A DNA stretch of 58,796 bases, counting the filler, from Bipalium vagum (taxonomy: Eukaryota): NCBI GenBank assembly GCA_037834085.1. It is 3 parts of 3 records of this genome, joined end to end, with 100 filler letters (N's around TTAATTAATTAA, not from the genome) between each part and the next. Parts side by side here need not be neighbours in the genome. Positions count along the whole stretch, not along the records: positions 1 to 20,724 come from JBBMKC010247641.1; 2 more parts are not named here. One strand, written 5' to 3'. Positions 1 to 15,900 of this stretch are shown piece by piece. Positions within the stretch are counted from its first letter, which is position 1. The number at the start of each line of letters is the position of its first letter. The notes under the pieces were generated by a model that searched no databases, was not told where the DNA came from, and saw only the letters and a list, made by a program, of their open reading frames with translations. The translations under genes were made by a program, and so were the position numbers.

Positions 1-701
1 TGTGCCAGCATATGATGAGCCGACCAAACGATATCTTGAAACGTCTTATCTTCGCACATTTTAGTTCTTTCTGCTTCTGTCTCTAGATGATGCTTTTCTA
101 TTGTTACCGTCTCTAAAATGAAGTGGAACAATACATTTTTGAAGTTATATTGCAAAGAATACAAAAATAATTTATGAGAAGCTTTTCAAAATGCAATATC
201 ATTTTAACAAAAATATATAAATGAAAAATTATATTTTCTATTTGTTTAAATAGGATCAATTTTGTTATACATACCACAATTTTTGATGTTTAAAAGAATC
301 TGTTTAATCAACATTGAATCTAAAGTGCACTAAGGAGTGTTATTTTGTTATATTTATTATAATATAAAATAACTATCTTTACACTAGTTCTTTTTTAAAA
401 ATTATTAAATTCATTTTAAGTAATCCAAATCTATTTATTTTTAAATTTTTTAAAAAACAGTTTGTGGTAATTTTTATTATTTTCAATACTAAAAATAACC
501 TTGAATTATTTAAACAAAGAGGTAGTACACATAATGCAACTGGTCCAAATTTAATTTTTATGTTCAGTATTTGTGTGACTTAATTCATTACAAAGTTTAA
601 AACTTTTATGAAGCGAAGAAACATCATTGGTACACATTGTTATTGAATTATCAATAATTAAATTTGGTTGATTCTCTTGGTTGATTCTTGGATTCATTGT
701 G

Positions 702-1600
702 TACACGGTGTTTTTAAGAAATCCCAATCAAAAAGGCACAAGTATATTGACTTACTAAATACGATCGTATATATGTCTAAATCATTGGTCCGCATCCTTC
801 CAACTATCTTACTTAAATGTGTTCGTCTCAGGTCATGAAAATTCCAGCGTGATGACCTGATGATCCATCTTATTGGAGTGCTTTATTTGGACGATATAGC
901 CTTTGTAAGGCTGTTTAAAAATTAAGTTAAAATATTTAGATTTAATTATCATCATTGTGTTTTCGTCGACAAAAAATGGGCCATAAATATGGGTGCTGGA
1001 AAACCCCATGCACACGTTTATTTTTGAATTTCATTAGAATTTTTAAATGATTTCCGTAGGTTTTTCCGTCTTCAAATTCGACAGCTATAACGATTAACGG
1101 AGCAGTCAAGATAAAAAATTATTTCATCAGAAGATATTTGGCATAAAGTTGCAATCATTTCCAATTATATCCAATAATTCCCATGAGGCATGATCTTTTT
1201 CATGTAATTTATGTTTCACCTGAACATTATAAGTATACATAAGAAGTTCGCATAGGAACACTTTTTAGAAAAAAGGAGTGATATTTGGAGTCCTTTGGCA
1301 GAATATCTGATTGAAATTGTGAAATTTTCCGTCAAATCTGTGAAAGGTCTCTCTGATGGACATTTCCAATTTGATAAAAATCCACATTTTAGCTGTCATG
1401 AACAATGATTTTCCATTTTTCTTTGTAATTTTCTTCGGACTAAAGTATCTGATTCAAATATGGGCCATGAGTAAAGCAATTTCAATACGTTCATTAAGAT
1501 GCATTGTCAATTTCAAATTTTTTCAAATATTTAACCAGGAAATATAAATTATACAAACCAATCAAAGTAAATAAATTTTAAAAATAATGTTTAAAATGCT
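702..1600 (-). mobile_element. Degenerate Tc1/mariner-superfamily (maT-like) transposon
   Basis: Broken motifs SSDE, VCMGFSS..IYGPFFVDENT and Q*DGSSGHHA (cf. QQDGAxxH). Boundaries approximate. Confidence 0.55.
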
Positions 1601-3955
1601 TGTAGAATTTTTGAACTTTCATCAACAGTTTAAGTGTAATTAAAGATTAAATTCCAGTGCTACTTTATTTTCATCCTGTAAATAAATATATATATCTTTG
1701 TGATCAGAAGTATATTATAACTGGAATCATTATAAACGAAATAAGAAAACAATATTTATGGATCGACATTCAATTTTTCATCCAAAGAAGAATGGTGACA
1801 TTTGACATTTGACAGTTGAACCTAAGGAGTCCACTATATTTCTTATTTAAAATTAAATTTAACTTTTGAGTATCAGTACAATTCATTAATCGTCAATATA
1901 TTTGCATTTTGAGAGTTTAATGAGCTCAATGATTTTTGGAATCACATATAATCAGACTGTTAGCTCTTCAAATAAGTAGACATCGTTGAGAGTGCTTCAA
2001 GTCAATCTTTAAATGTTGAACTTCATTTTGTTCTTGCAAATGACATCACACCCAATCACTCCAAAAATTATTTTAATTTTTTGAATTTTTCCACATCTTA
2101 CAGAACAGATTTCGAGTCAAATTCACTTTATTTAAGTGAAGTCTCCCAATATCTTTTAATTTTTTTGGAAATTCTTTCCGAAATATTTTATTTAATGTAA
2201 TAAAATCGAAAAATCGGAGTATACTTTTATACAAAAATTTATTTTTCAACATTTTTAGACCAAATTAATTTTACAGAAATATGGTTTTCTATCTAAGATG
2301 ATATTTTTGTAAATAAAACTATCTGGTAAGTATATTTAAATAAAAATTGACTTGATCACTTTCTTTGTCACCATTTTCCCTAAATCTTTAGTTGTGTTGT
2401 ACGATGTTTTCTTGTTATAGCCAAACAAACCAATAATTTATTTGGGCGAGACAAAGAGACCTAACACCTGAGTATGAGTATATTGGCGTTATTCTCCAAG
2501 TCGGAATGGTTGAGTTGCAGTTTTGTAAATCTTTTTAGCCATTTTGTAATAGATTGTGTAACATTTTGAAAACTCTGGACGTTTTGAACACGTTGCTATT
2601 GTTATTTGTTGAATAATATTAAGGTATAGTGTCTTAGTGAATTATTTTATTTGCATGGATGACCTACATTGAACCTAACCGTATTAAAAGTAAAAGGATT
2701 CGAAAATATGTATTAACAATAATATTTTAAATTACCACAAAACTAGATTTTTGAGTTTTCTAATTTATTGATTGAATTCTTTTATTTTTTTATTAAATTT
2801 TACTTTTTTTTTAAGAATTCAAGTATAAATTCAAATCTATAATATTAGTCCAGTTGACAATATCTAGCAAAGGGGTTTCGACATCATGTATTGGAACAAC
2901 AAAAGTGCTTTAATAAATGTCGCCGTCTATACCTAAAATGTTTGTCAAGCTTTATTTATAAAAGAACAACACAAGAACGATAAATAGGTTTTAGTCAGAT
3001 TTAGCTAGTTCATATTATTCCAATAAAACAAAAAACTGTTTAAATGAACATAAAGAATCATTTTTGCCAAAATAGGTCTATATAATTCATGCTCTCCAAT
3101 CGAAGAGTTTAGGGGACTCCTGGCTTAGATGGAGTACAATTGAGATTTGGAAGTTAAAATTCAACAATTAATTAATATAATAAAATCACAATTTGAAGAA
3201 ATTTGATTTGAATGTCATCCAAATCATGATGAAAAATGTTGATGTACAATTACACAAAATTGAAGATAATTGACATTTCGCCATTTTACAAATATATTTT
3301 TTTATTTCGTCTCATTGTATTGTTGAATAGAAAAAATAATTAAACATAAAAATTTTCTTATGAATGTCCGTTTTATTTTATGACCAAAAGCTTTCACACC
3401 ACCCATTATTTTACCTTTAATTTTATTAATAAAAATTGTACATTACATTACATTTAGCTTAGGGTTTTAAAATAAAATTTTCAATGGATTGAGACAATAA
3501 CTCATGATAATTTAAATAAGAAATACAATGATTTTATTAATAGTTTTCCACAAAACAAACAATAAACATTTATTTGATATATTTCTTTAATCTACACAAT
3601 GGACAGTGGACAAACAATCATCAGAGCCATTTCAAGAAAACGAACGATGAGAGGAACAATTGACAAGTTTATATTATTTTATATTGAAATCTGTTTCATT
3701 TCAGATCAATTTTATAGAAAAATAATTCTAATGAAATTGGGAATCGATATTTTTGTCTAAAACAACTTTGAAAACACAGACGTTTTAATTATAATATATA
3801 TCAGAGAGGTGATACAAGGAAAATGGAATTATAATTTTATTATTGAAATAATATCAAATAATCAAGGCCACTCAGAATCACAGAATTAATCATCTATTGA
3901 CAGAGAATCCATTCTGGTAACGATTAAAGTTCTCGGAACACTTTTTCCCATTCTC

Positions 3956-6900
3956 TCATTTCGGATATCCATAGAAATCCAAATAACGGAACGAATTCGC
4001 TTGGCAGATAACCTGAGCAAGATTCTGTGACTTTTTACATTGTCTCATGGCTAATCGTGTTATGCGAGCTTTCTGCTTCTCTTCTCTCTGTTTCAGCAGA
4101 CGGTTTTGGTTTTTCTTTTTCATCCATCTAAAAACGAAGGAAAACGGAAAAAAAATTTAAGAAAACAAAATATCGATTGTTTACAGAATTTATTTTTTAT
4201 GTCACAATATTAATTTTAAAAATTCGATTAGTAAATAATATCGCAAAAAATCAATATCTTCACACTCCAGAATTGCAAATCACAAAAATGATGGTAGAAG
4301 CACTGTCTCATCGAATGTGCCTGGGCACAATGTGCAGTCAGTAGTGGTAACGAAATAGTGACCACCAGCTGATCAACAAATGACAGCTTGGTTCCTGTAA
4401 CAATTGCAATTGATAATCAGTAATTGATTTGTAACTTATTTGATGGTTATATTTGGTTATATATATATTCATAGATTAATTGTCACACAATCGTAAAAAC
4501 TTGTATTGATTTATAGTTTTGCATATTCAATGGGGAAAATTCTGATTTTTTTCCATAGATTTTTACCTAGGTGTTTCTGGTGAAGTATTTTTGAAAATGT
4601 TATTTTCATGTGTCGATTTTTATCTATCGGTGATAATAAAAATCAATGATTTTAAAACTACAGGATACAGCCATAAAAATCCACTAAATTAAAAAATCAA
4701 GAAAAAATAAGACTTTAAATTCTTACTTTAATCCCTTATATTATTATTATTAAATAGTGCAACTTTAAAATAATACCCTTGAAGGTAATATTATACCAAT
4801 GAATTAGCAACCAAATTTGGACTTAGCAAATGCTCTAAAAATTGACCACAGCATGTGCTCAATTCACATAACGAAAAATCAATTTAGGGGTTTTGCACAA
4901 GTTCTCTCATACTGAAAGGGTAAAATTCAGATGCCAAATTATGCAGAAATGGATTTGGTGCAAGCATGCTAATTGATTATGTTACTAGAAAACTGTCTTA
5001 GAACTTTTAACACCAGAACGTTTCCGAAGAGATAAGTAGTTCATTTTATCAGTAGGCAGTGCTTCGTATTTTCAAAAATTCAAAATTAAAGTGCTACTGA
5101 AGAAATAAATGAAAATAAAAAAGAAATGCTGGGAGCAGGAAAAATGAAAACAGCTTAAGTTTTCAGATGAGATAAACTTATGTCCTCATCAACCACTCAA
5201 TCCTCAAAATTACTACAGTTATCATATTTTAGAAATCAAGCTAGGTATTCCAAATGACGTAGACAGAAACTTTCAATCATTTGTTATGCTCTAATATCAT
5301 GGCATGGTAAGACAAGGTATGCTGTTGGACAATATTTATCTTAGTACAAGAAAAAGAAAAGGTATTATAGTATCTCGACTGAAATTATTTAAAGATCAAC
5401 TAGGTCTTGATTACGACGTTTGCGTTCTTGTTTATTGGCTCAGGGAGAACACTTTGACATTAAATATAACGTTAAGAAATTTTGTAAATAAAATCAATTA
5501 GTCTTAACTTTCAGAATAATGGATTTGATTGCTTTTTTGGATCACTGTGTATAATCAATATTTGAAATCAAAGCTTAGTGAGCGACATATTTCAAGAAAT
5601 GAATCAATCAGTTGACTACATCGTTCGTGCGATTTAACACCCCTTGACTTATAATGAAATCATTAGGAGAATTCTTGTTGTGGGTAAACAAAAATATCCG
5701 ATAAAAGGCATAGTTCGAAACATTATGAATAAATTATTGATAGAAATTGTCGTTCCAACAAGACTAGTACGCATTTAAAAAACCAAAGAAACAATAACTT
5801 AATCGCAGTGTTAATTTAAAGGAAATTGTCAGAGGTCGGTGATCGGTTACCATGTACTTCATCTTCAAGGTTTACGTTTTCTAACCACCGTTGAATTATA
5901 TTGAAGCATTTAAACAAGTATTTTAAGTTAAGGTCCAGTTATGCAAAAAGTACCATTCTTTATTTACAAACTTAATAGAATAATATCATAAGTATAATAA
6001 TATAGAATTTGAATAAAATCAATATATAAACAAGTTCATTTTATAATTAAGTCGAATCAATAAATTTTAAAGTAAGAATTGATAATAAAGTTCTATTGAA
6101 AATTCCGACTTCTCTAGAGAAAAATTAAATAAACGTTATACACTTCGTGATGTGAATAATTATAATTACAAATAATATAGTAATTATGAAGTCAATAACG
6201 ATGAAACCAACTCTTTAAAGGCTTTTTCACATTCTGCATCTGTGTGAACAATAATAGACTCTTCTAGTTCTTTGAGTCGATACTGCTTTAATTTTTCCTC
6301 TCTCCGCTTATTCTGTTCCCAATTTTTGATAGCAGCCTTTTCTCTTTCTTGAGCTTGAAACTAAATATCTCTTATAAGTTTTAATTAATCTTATGGAAAA
6401 TTAACAAACTTTTCGCTGTTCTTGCGTTTTTTCTCTCTGTTTCTTTTCTTCTTCTTCTTCTTTTTTCTTACGTTCCATCTCTTCTTTTGTGGCTTTCTTT
6501 TTATTCTGAAGCCATGCCTTAATATAATAATAATTAATAATTATTATTATAATGACAACAAAAGAAAATAAAAAAAAAATAATAACAAAAAGTTGAAATT
6601 ATAATATTAAATTAAATTAATATAATAATATAATATAATGATTATTATAATAATATTCAATTATTTAATCATAATATTACTAAACTCACGCTAAAGCATT
6701 TTTCATTCATTTCTTTTCTTTGTTGCATTTCTAGCTCTTTCTTTTCCCTTTGCTCTCTTTTTATACTTTCTTCGCGCTCTTTCTGACGTTGTAAAAGTTC
6801 TCGGTCAACTCTGGGAACACTGGAAAAACAAAATTAAAAACGAAAGTTATAACTATTCTCTTTACTCAAATTTTGAACTTCTACTTTCACCCCTTTTAGT

Positions 6901-9900
6901 TCGATAATTAATTTCCGACTTCACAGAACCATTTGACGAGTCCAATTGTGAATTAGACCATATTTCATTTCGATTGTTTTTGGCAGCCGGTGCTGAAACC
7001 GGACGCAATTTGTGGTTATCATTGGCATTCGTATTGTCATCTCCCTTTCCGTTTTCATTTGTTACATCATCGTCATCATCATCGTTCAAAACCACAACAT
7101 GATCCGAGTAATCGATCATATCGCTTTGACCCACTAATTGAAATTTTCCACCTCTACTCACTACAATGTCATGTGGAATATCATCTTTGGAATCAGACAG
7201 TTCTTCTCGGTTTATTAAATCTTTATTAAATGCATCGAAGATACTTTCTTCCTTCACAGGTTGAAAAGAAGAGTCTTTCAATAAAGATTCGGGATTTCTA
7301 TCCTTCACAAGAAATCAGATATTAAATTGATCACACAAAATAAAACTAATTTCATTTAAAATATGTATCACAAAAAAAATAAAAATTTGAATACACGAAT
7401 TATTTTTAAAAATCTTAAAATATATGAATAATTATTTATAATTATATTATTAACATTAATATTAATATCATTATTATCAGTGTTATTATAAAAGTATTAT
7501 TACATTTCTTAATTGAAAAATTAAAAATAATTCAGTTCCAGCTAATGAATATATTTTTTTACCTGTCTTTCCTTGTGTAACTTTCAATCTTCATTTTATG
7601 ATCATAACAAAAATTAAATAATAAAACATTTATTTTTATTCGGTGTAAAACATTTTACTTTTATGATAAAATGTAATATATATTATTTTATTGTGTTGTC
7701 AAAGACAGAACTAGATTCCTTTTAAACTCTCCAAATTCTTTATTCCCCTTAAGGTATAATTATCTTAAATAAAAATATATAAATCATTAATAATTATATT
7801 TTATATATTATATATGTATGAATATGTATTTGAATGAGAATTGTCCAAAAATATTTTAAAAATAAATTACTAACATAAAGTTACTATTTATGATTATTGC
7901 GTAAAATTTTTAATATTAAGTTACTATTTTTAGAAGATGTAAAAAATAAAATATAAATATTAGAGAATTTCACTATGAAATTACCAACAACAAAAATTAT
8001 CAGAAAATTGATCGAAAGAATTCGTAGAAGTGGAATACAAAAGTCAAAACAAACCAGATCAAACGAAGTCTTAGTAAGAATCAAATTCAAACGGGACAAT
8101 GAAAGCAAGCTGAGTCAAAAAAAATTAGACAAAAATATTTAGAGTCCCAAACCAGTAAACATATTTAAAAGTAATTAATTGTGTTTTATTATATTGTGGT
8201 TTGGGAAAATTGAATTCAAATTTCACTAAACAATAAATTAAATAAATGTGTAATGTAAATATTTTGGTTCACGACCCATTATAGATGAACTGATAACAAA
8301 TAAAAATAATAATATTATAAAAATTAAATACTATATTTTCGATTTTAGTAATTAATATAAATAAATATTAATGGTTGGATCAACAACGCTTTACGATTAA
8401 ATAATTTAAAGTTTTATTTGTTTTCTCTTAACATTTTCTTTTTGTGTTCTCCACGTTAAGTAGGACGGGGAACCAAATGTTTATCTGAGAGCCCTTGAGA
8501 GTTGCAGAGGGGATTCTGCCTTTTCTCTTAACTTTTTCCTTCGAGTTCTGTCTCGTAAGAAAAAAAATTAATAATTTTAACTTTATTAAAAAATAAATTT
8601 GATCTTAAAAATCTTGTTAATTTGTTCATTTCGATTTATTGATGTCATTTCTAAAGTTACTTCTTTACTTTTTTACAATCGATTTAAATTTTGAAAATAT
8701 TTTTATATTTGATTCAGGTTTTAATTCCTTTATCAAATTATTGTAACAGTGTTTTGTCATATATCAACTTGAAATAATTTGACATCAAACCCTGTTAAAC
8801 CTTTGACACTTTAAATTTTGAATTTAAATATTTTTAAAGTTTAATCCTGACGTTTTGCGAAAGTAAATCCTTCTGATACAAAAACTTTACGTTAAATTTT
8901 CATCCTCTATATCTCCAATTATAAAACTTAACAGTACCTTTTCTAACAATTCCATTTTCAAAAAATCTAATTTATTCAACTTGTATAACCAAATTGATTG
9001 TGCAAAAATAACCAGAAAAACTTTTTAAACTTTTTTTAAAAATGAGAATTATGATAAATAATTTAGAAAAATAATATTTTCTTAACTTTTTTTATTTATG
9101 AACATAAAAATGTTCCATTGAAAATCAAAAGAAAAGTAAATAATAAAAATTCATTAGTATGATTGTTCTCGAAGTTCTTAGATCAATCATCTAAATTCTG
9201 AGCATTTTATTATCTCTCTCTCACTCCTTCATTAAGGCATTCATTAACAAAACAAAAGAAATCAATGAAACAAATAATTGTCTGAATTAAACAATAAAAG
9301 AAAATAAGAAGAAAATTTATTTTCATTTCATTTAGTTAAAAATTCCCCTTTATTATTAAATTTATTGTCTTTATTTAATTATTTACCTTATGTTATTCAA
9401 TATGAAATGTAATTTTTCATGATTTGTTTTTAAGCTAATTTTAATCGTCAGGAAAGTCATTAATTTCAATGTTTTATAGCTTATTTAAAAGTTTAAAAGT
9501 AATGTTTCTTATAAGATTCTTTGATATTTATAATATAATTTTATAATTATTACAGGTGAAGATGAATAACTGCTATTTTCGATCTACTTTTCATCATCAA
9601 TAATTAATTTTCTGTATTTAACTTGGCCATATGGCTATATAAGTGACCTAGGACATCAGAGGAGCTTTTGGAAATAACGCTTGTAAATTACACACAGTTT
9701 AACGATCGTTAAAAATATCAGAAATGGAGACACAAATCTTTGCAATAAAGAACATATCAGGTCAACTAGCGTAGTCAAAAATTAATATTTGAAAGAATAA
9801 GTCTAACAAAATTTACGTTCAAAAATTCGATAAATTGCCACTCACTAATCTTAAAGTAAATATTAGGTCAGTTTTAAATAATTTGAGAGCCATTAAAAAA

Positions 9901-12900
9901 ATTTTTTAAAAATTGGAGCAAATATTTTAACTGTTTTAAACATGATTAAACCATTAATGTAATCGATGAAATGCATAAAATACTGTATGGAATACGCCCG
10001 GCTTTATTAAATCAAATTGGCCCGATTTTACTTCACTACAATGTGAGACCACAGTTGATGTTACAAATTTTAAGTTTGGCTACGAAGTTTTAGTTCATCC
10101 ACCTTATTTACCAGATCTGTCGCCAACTATTATTTTTTAAGCATCTAAATTCTTTTTTCAAGGAAAAACTGTCACCATTCAAGAGGTCATTAAAAATTCT
10201 GTTCAACAATTCATTGATTCTAAACTCCAGTTTTATTTTACTGGCACAGATAAACTTATTTCACAATGGCAAAACAGTACTGATTCTAATGGTGATGACT
10301 TGACTGATTAAACCTAAGATTTTAAAAATCTAAATTTCGTATTGATCAATCTAATATATATTAATAATTAATATATTAAAAATAAAATCAGAAACAAAAA
10401 ACATGAACAATTGCTTCAAAAATTTCAAAGATTTTGTTACAATTGGTATTAAATCAGTAGTTTAAAAAGTCAAGAGTCCCTTTGCCATGGTCCACTGACC
10501 AAGGTTTAATTTGCTTAAGTGTTTGATGAAAGGAGACCTGAGAAAAGCAAAGATATAAATAGATCAATCAGTTAAAACTGAATGTTACGTCTATTGTCAA
10601 AATATTTTAATAATATTCTGCAACTATGAAAATTATTAATTTACTAATGGTTTTCATAATCTTAATTATTAAATTTAATAAACTTCTCTTGTGTGCTCTT
10701 ATGAAAATTATTGATTAATATTGAAAAAATACGATTAATTATATTAGAAATTACTATAATCTTTGTGACAATTTAATTGTTGATAATTTATTAATAATCA
10801 TTATTTTTCATAATTTAAATTCACTCACTTAAACAATTTCGTAATGGAAGATATATTTACCAAATTTAATTATATTCACATTTCTAATAGAAATTCAATA
10901 TTTAAAATTTTAATTTTAGAATTGATTAGTTTATTTAATTAAGCACAATATTGAATTAATAATTAACATTGAACTTAGTAATTTTTGAAAAATAAAAATA
11001 ATCAGTTGTTTGTTGTTGAAATAAAATTTGCTAAAATACTAATAATGGCAAAGATTTCAACATCAGTTTGATTATATATGGTGCTCCATAAGTAACACAG
11101 AATTTTAAAAGTTAATAAGCCAAAAATCCATAAAAACAAATATATTTTTACATAAGCGTAATTAGGAACATCTCCCATTTATTTATATACAAATAATTAT
11201 TTTTGTTTTAATAATTTAAAATGATTTATAAATAGTCAACCATATTTTTTTAATTTATTTTAGATGGAGAAATTAATCATAGAACATCATGTTCTTATTA
11301 TTAAAGTCTATTATCAAAATAATGAGAGCCCCACGCAGACAGTTCGAAAACTTCGATCAATTTTGTCCAGAGTTATTGCACCCAACGAGTCTACAGTTTG
11401 AAACTAATGTCAAAATATCAGGAAACTGGATCAGTTGCAAATCTCTTATGGAACTACCTATATATAATGGAAAATTTCCTTTTTTTTGTTTTAAGTCTTT
11501 TGAAAATGGCACGCATTAAAGTATTTAATAGTTAAAGTTATCATTTAAAATATGATCATTTTTTCAAAAGTTTGAGATAACAATAAATAATTAATGAAGA
11601 CTTGCATTTAATATAAAGGAAAATAAGGATTTTCATTATATTATTAAAAGAAAATTATAAAACAATTCAATCAAAAAATTTGCTATTTCCTAATTTTCTA
11701 ATGAAATTGCAATTAATTTCAGCTAGTAATCTAAACAAAAAACTTACAATATTATTGATTTTATATTCAATATTAAGAATAATAAATAACAAACTAGAAA
11801 AAGTACATGAAAGATATAGTTCTTAAAAAGGTCATTTTTTAAGATTTAAGAACTCTTGGTGAAAAAAACACCTAATTGAAGAAGGTTTCAAGGTGATTTC
11901 TATGAAGTATGAAATTCTTAAAATATGCTACAGGAATTTCGATAAGTATATGTACTGGTTCACTTTACATGTTCAAGTGGATATAATGAGAACATCTTTA
12001 GATAAGAGAATATGTTTGTCATCTTAACATTAATTATTGAAAAAACTCAGGAGACTAGAACAATCCAAGACCTGTGGGAATAAAAGAAGAATTTTGAGAA
12101 TTTTAATTAATTTTTCCTTTTAGATAATTTTGAAAGCATTTATAAAAGAATAGTTGATGTGGAAAAAATTGTAAAGAACGAATCAATTAACACTAATAGA
12201 ATATTAAAAAATTAATATGTTTAATTACAATAGGTATATGTGAAAATATTAATTTAGAAAATTGACTATAACTTTCAGAAAAGATGAATATACATTGAAA
12301 CCTGTTAATTTGGGAACCTCTAAATGTTGTTAATAAAAATTAAATAATGACTTTTTCATGAACCTTCTATATTTTAGGCAAAATGTTCGGTCCAAGTGGT
12401 GCAGGTTTCACTGTACATAAAAATCATAAACAATAACAAATTATTATATATTTGTTAAACAGAGTGGAGAATATAATTAAAAAACAAATTTTGAACACCA
12501 TGTGGAGTTTAATCTAAAATTATATTTAACTGGTTTTCTAATAATAATATAGCTTCTTTATTATAAACATTTTTCCTTAAAAAATACTGCCGGTCCATAT
12601 TGTAAACCAATAAATAAAAATCTGCTTCAATTTTTGAAAATTCTAAATCTTAAAAATGAACCATTTCAAATGAAGCTTATAATTTAAAATATTAAACGCT
12701 GTTAATAAGAAAATTTAGAGACATCATTTAATAATTCTAATTTAAATCATTAATTAATCCGTTTTGGGAAAGTCTAATAAATAAATGAAGTTGTTTACTG
12801 AAAAAACAGTTAAGAACAAATTATGTTATATAAAAAGAAAAAATATTTCTGTGAAATAGGAAACCAAAAATTTTTTGTTAAAACGAGTAAGAGATATTAA

Positions 12901-15900
12901 AAATTGTGATCATTGATTTGAATTAATCTTGTATCAATAAACTTTTAATATCTTAAAATAAATTTAAACACAGGAAAAATTTTCAGGTAGAACTGTCAAA
13001 ATTCTCAACTATAATATTTTTCCATAATCCACTTAAATATTAACACTGTAACAGTTTCCGTTAATAACCTTCTTATCAAATTTATTTTGTTTTTATGAAA
13101 CAGGATGGCTCACAAGTCACTTTCCTATTTAAAAAATTGAATACAAATTTTGTATGTTAATAAACTACATTATTGTTACTAATAAATAAGTAAATAAAAA
13201 TAGAATTTTTTTTTTAACTATTTATGAAAAATTATGTCACATAAATGACCGCCATTATTTGTTTCGCAAGTGGAGGCTCATTTTAAAACATGTTCCATAC
13301 AGCTTTTAGAACTTGCGAATGCATCTCCTGAAGTTTTGTTTGAAGCTACTGGATAGTTCTGGGCTTGTAACATACACCCGGTCTTTCAGGTAGATCCAAA
13401 GGGAAAATTATATTGTCCGTGGATCAGTCAAACGTGCAGACCACTGCAATTCGCAAAATTATTCGCTTTCCAAAGATAAAGATAAAAAAGTGTTTTGTTA
13501 GTGTGGACAGTTACTCACTCTTGTTGCCACCTTGTTTCAGATACTTCGTCTATTTATAAGTACACAAAATTTTCCAATATTTTTCGATATTGGTCTCCTG
13601 TGACTGTAAGGCATTTCCTTTTTAGTTCACAAAAAAGTAAGGACGAATTATTTTCTCATGTGTTACGCCTCGCCAAATTGTGGCCTTAAGAGGATGCATT
13701 CATGAAAATGGATCACCTTCAGATTCTCGGTACCCCAAAATCTTGAATTTTGCTTATTGGTATAGCCACTCAGGTTTTTCAGCTTATAAATGGTTTGATT
13801 TCTTATGTGCGGACGGCATTTTCATACAGTATATTTGGGCGTTTTCTATTGATTTATTCTGGGTACATTATTTTCAAATTTTCTTAGATAATATCAATTT
13901 CTAGACATTATTTCTCTCCTGTTATTGTTTCTCCTTTTTCCAGGTAATCGTAATGAATTTATCCTTTTTAACACCATCATACCGTAACCATTATCTTTTT
14001 TTTGGGCAGGACTTGAGACATTCGCAGATATCTAACCACTGAGTTGAACGTTTAATATTGTTATTTAGCAGCCGTTTTTCATCAAAAGTAATCAGGCGAT
14101 GAGGAAATGGTTCGCTTTTCATCATCAAAATGAGTTCTGAGTATATCTCATAACACTTTATTTTGTTTTTTATGGTTAGCTCGTGTGACATTCACATTTC
14201 CAGCTTCTTTATCATACCTATTTGCTTCATATAACTGAAAACTGTTCCAATACTGACATATTGACTTTTGGCGAGTTTTCTTTCTGTTGTTCGCCTATCC
14301 TCTTCCACTATAGCTTTTAAATCATTTCCATCAAATTTGGAAGGACGGTCAATTCGTTCCGAATCTTCAGAGAATAAATCTCCATTACGGAATTTCTGGT
14401 ATCAACTCGTACTATTGTTTGACCATGGCCACAAACTTCATTAACTTTTCGAGCAGTTTAAGCTGCTTTTGTACCTAGTCTAAACTCATAACAATTAATT
14501 TTTCACAAATCGAGACACGACATTCTACATTAAAATGGGAAGAATTAACTTAGAAGAAAAACTGGTTTATATTTTAAAAAGCAACATTTTGACTTTTAAG
14601 TGCTATATAACATTAAATAAGTTATTTGAATTATTTACTATTTAAATGTATATAAAGAACGTGCAAAACTTTCTGAACAGCTTAACATTATTCAATTTAT
14701 AAATAGGAAAGTGACTTATATTTATGATTTCCAAAATATACAAGGTTTTTCAATTTTATTAGATTAAATTCAAAAATATATCATATTATAACTAACTTTT
14801 ATGCAAAGTTTCAGTAGTATTTAAATATTGTTTAAATATTAAAAAATTAAGAATATGTAATTTCAGACTTGAATCTTTAAGCTTATGTTTTGAGATGACG
14901 GCTACTTTTTATCTTGCTAAAAAACCAGAAATAGAAACATAAGTCTTGAAAGTAAACTGTCATAACTGTGGATAATAGTTATCAGACTTAAAATTATCAC
15001 ATTTAAAATATTTGTCAAGCTTTATAAACATGAAACAAGTCTTATATTATTGTTGTTATGTCACTTATTTAATCAAGAAAATTTAATAACTATTATAAAA
15101 ATATTTAGCTACAACATAATTAATAATGATTTTACCAATAATAAATATCAAATTTTATTAAAAATCAAAAAAAAAGATAATTATTCAGTATTCATTATTT
15201 TAAATCAAATGATATTTTATAATATTATTAATTTTATTTTTAAATAATTAAATTCCATTGGGTTGTAAAGCTTTGTAATTTTCGTTGGGACTTAAAAGAA
15301 AATATTTTTACTTTCACAGATCTAAACAATGATGCAATTTAATCAAAAAAATGAAAATCAAATAATTAGAAATATTTTAGATCCTTTTCAACTTTATTTT
15401 TAAGCCAATAATATAGTTTTTTGTAAAGTTCTTTAAGTTAATTAAAACTCAATTGTAATTATTATTTTCCCAATAAGTAATTGAGATGAATATCAAATGA
15501 GACAGTTTGAATATTTAATATCTCCTTATATAAACTTCATTTTCCTATTTATTTAATTTTCAGGATTCTATAAATTGATTAAGATTATTGAAGATCAGTT
15601 ACTTCAGAAATTAGTACAAAACAAGAATCAAAATACACACAGTTTAATAGAATAAAATATTATGTTGGTGCAAAAGAAATTGTGGTTTCAAGGTTTTTAG
15701 TGGTGAAGACAGAATTTTAAACAGTACATTCCCATATTGGTTCATTCGTTGACAGAAGATGATTTTGACAAACAAGTGAAGTTTTGAGGAATTGATTGAA
15801 CTCTATTTATATCCGAAAGTATGACATACAAATTACTTGGATTTGTTGAAGGCTTATTTTGCATATTAAGTAGATAATTTATTCACCACCAATTATTTCA

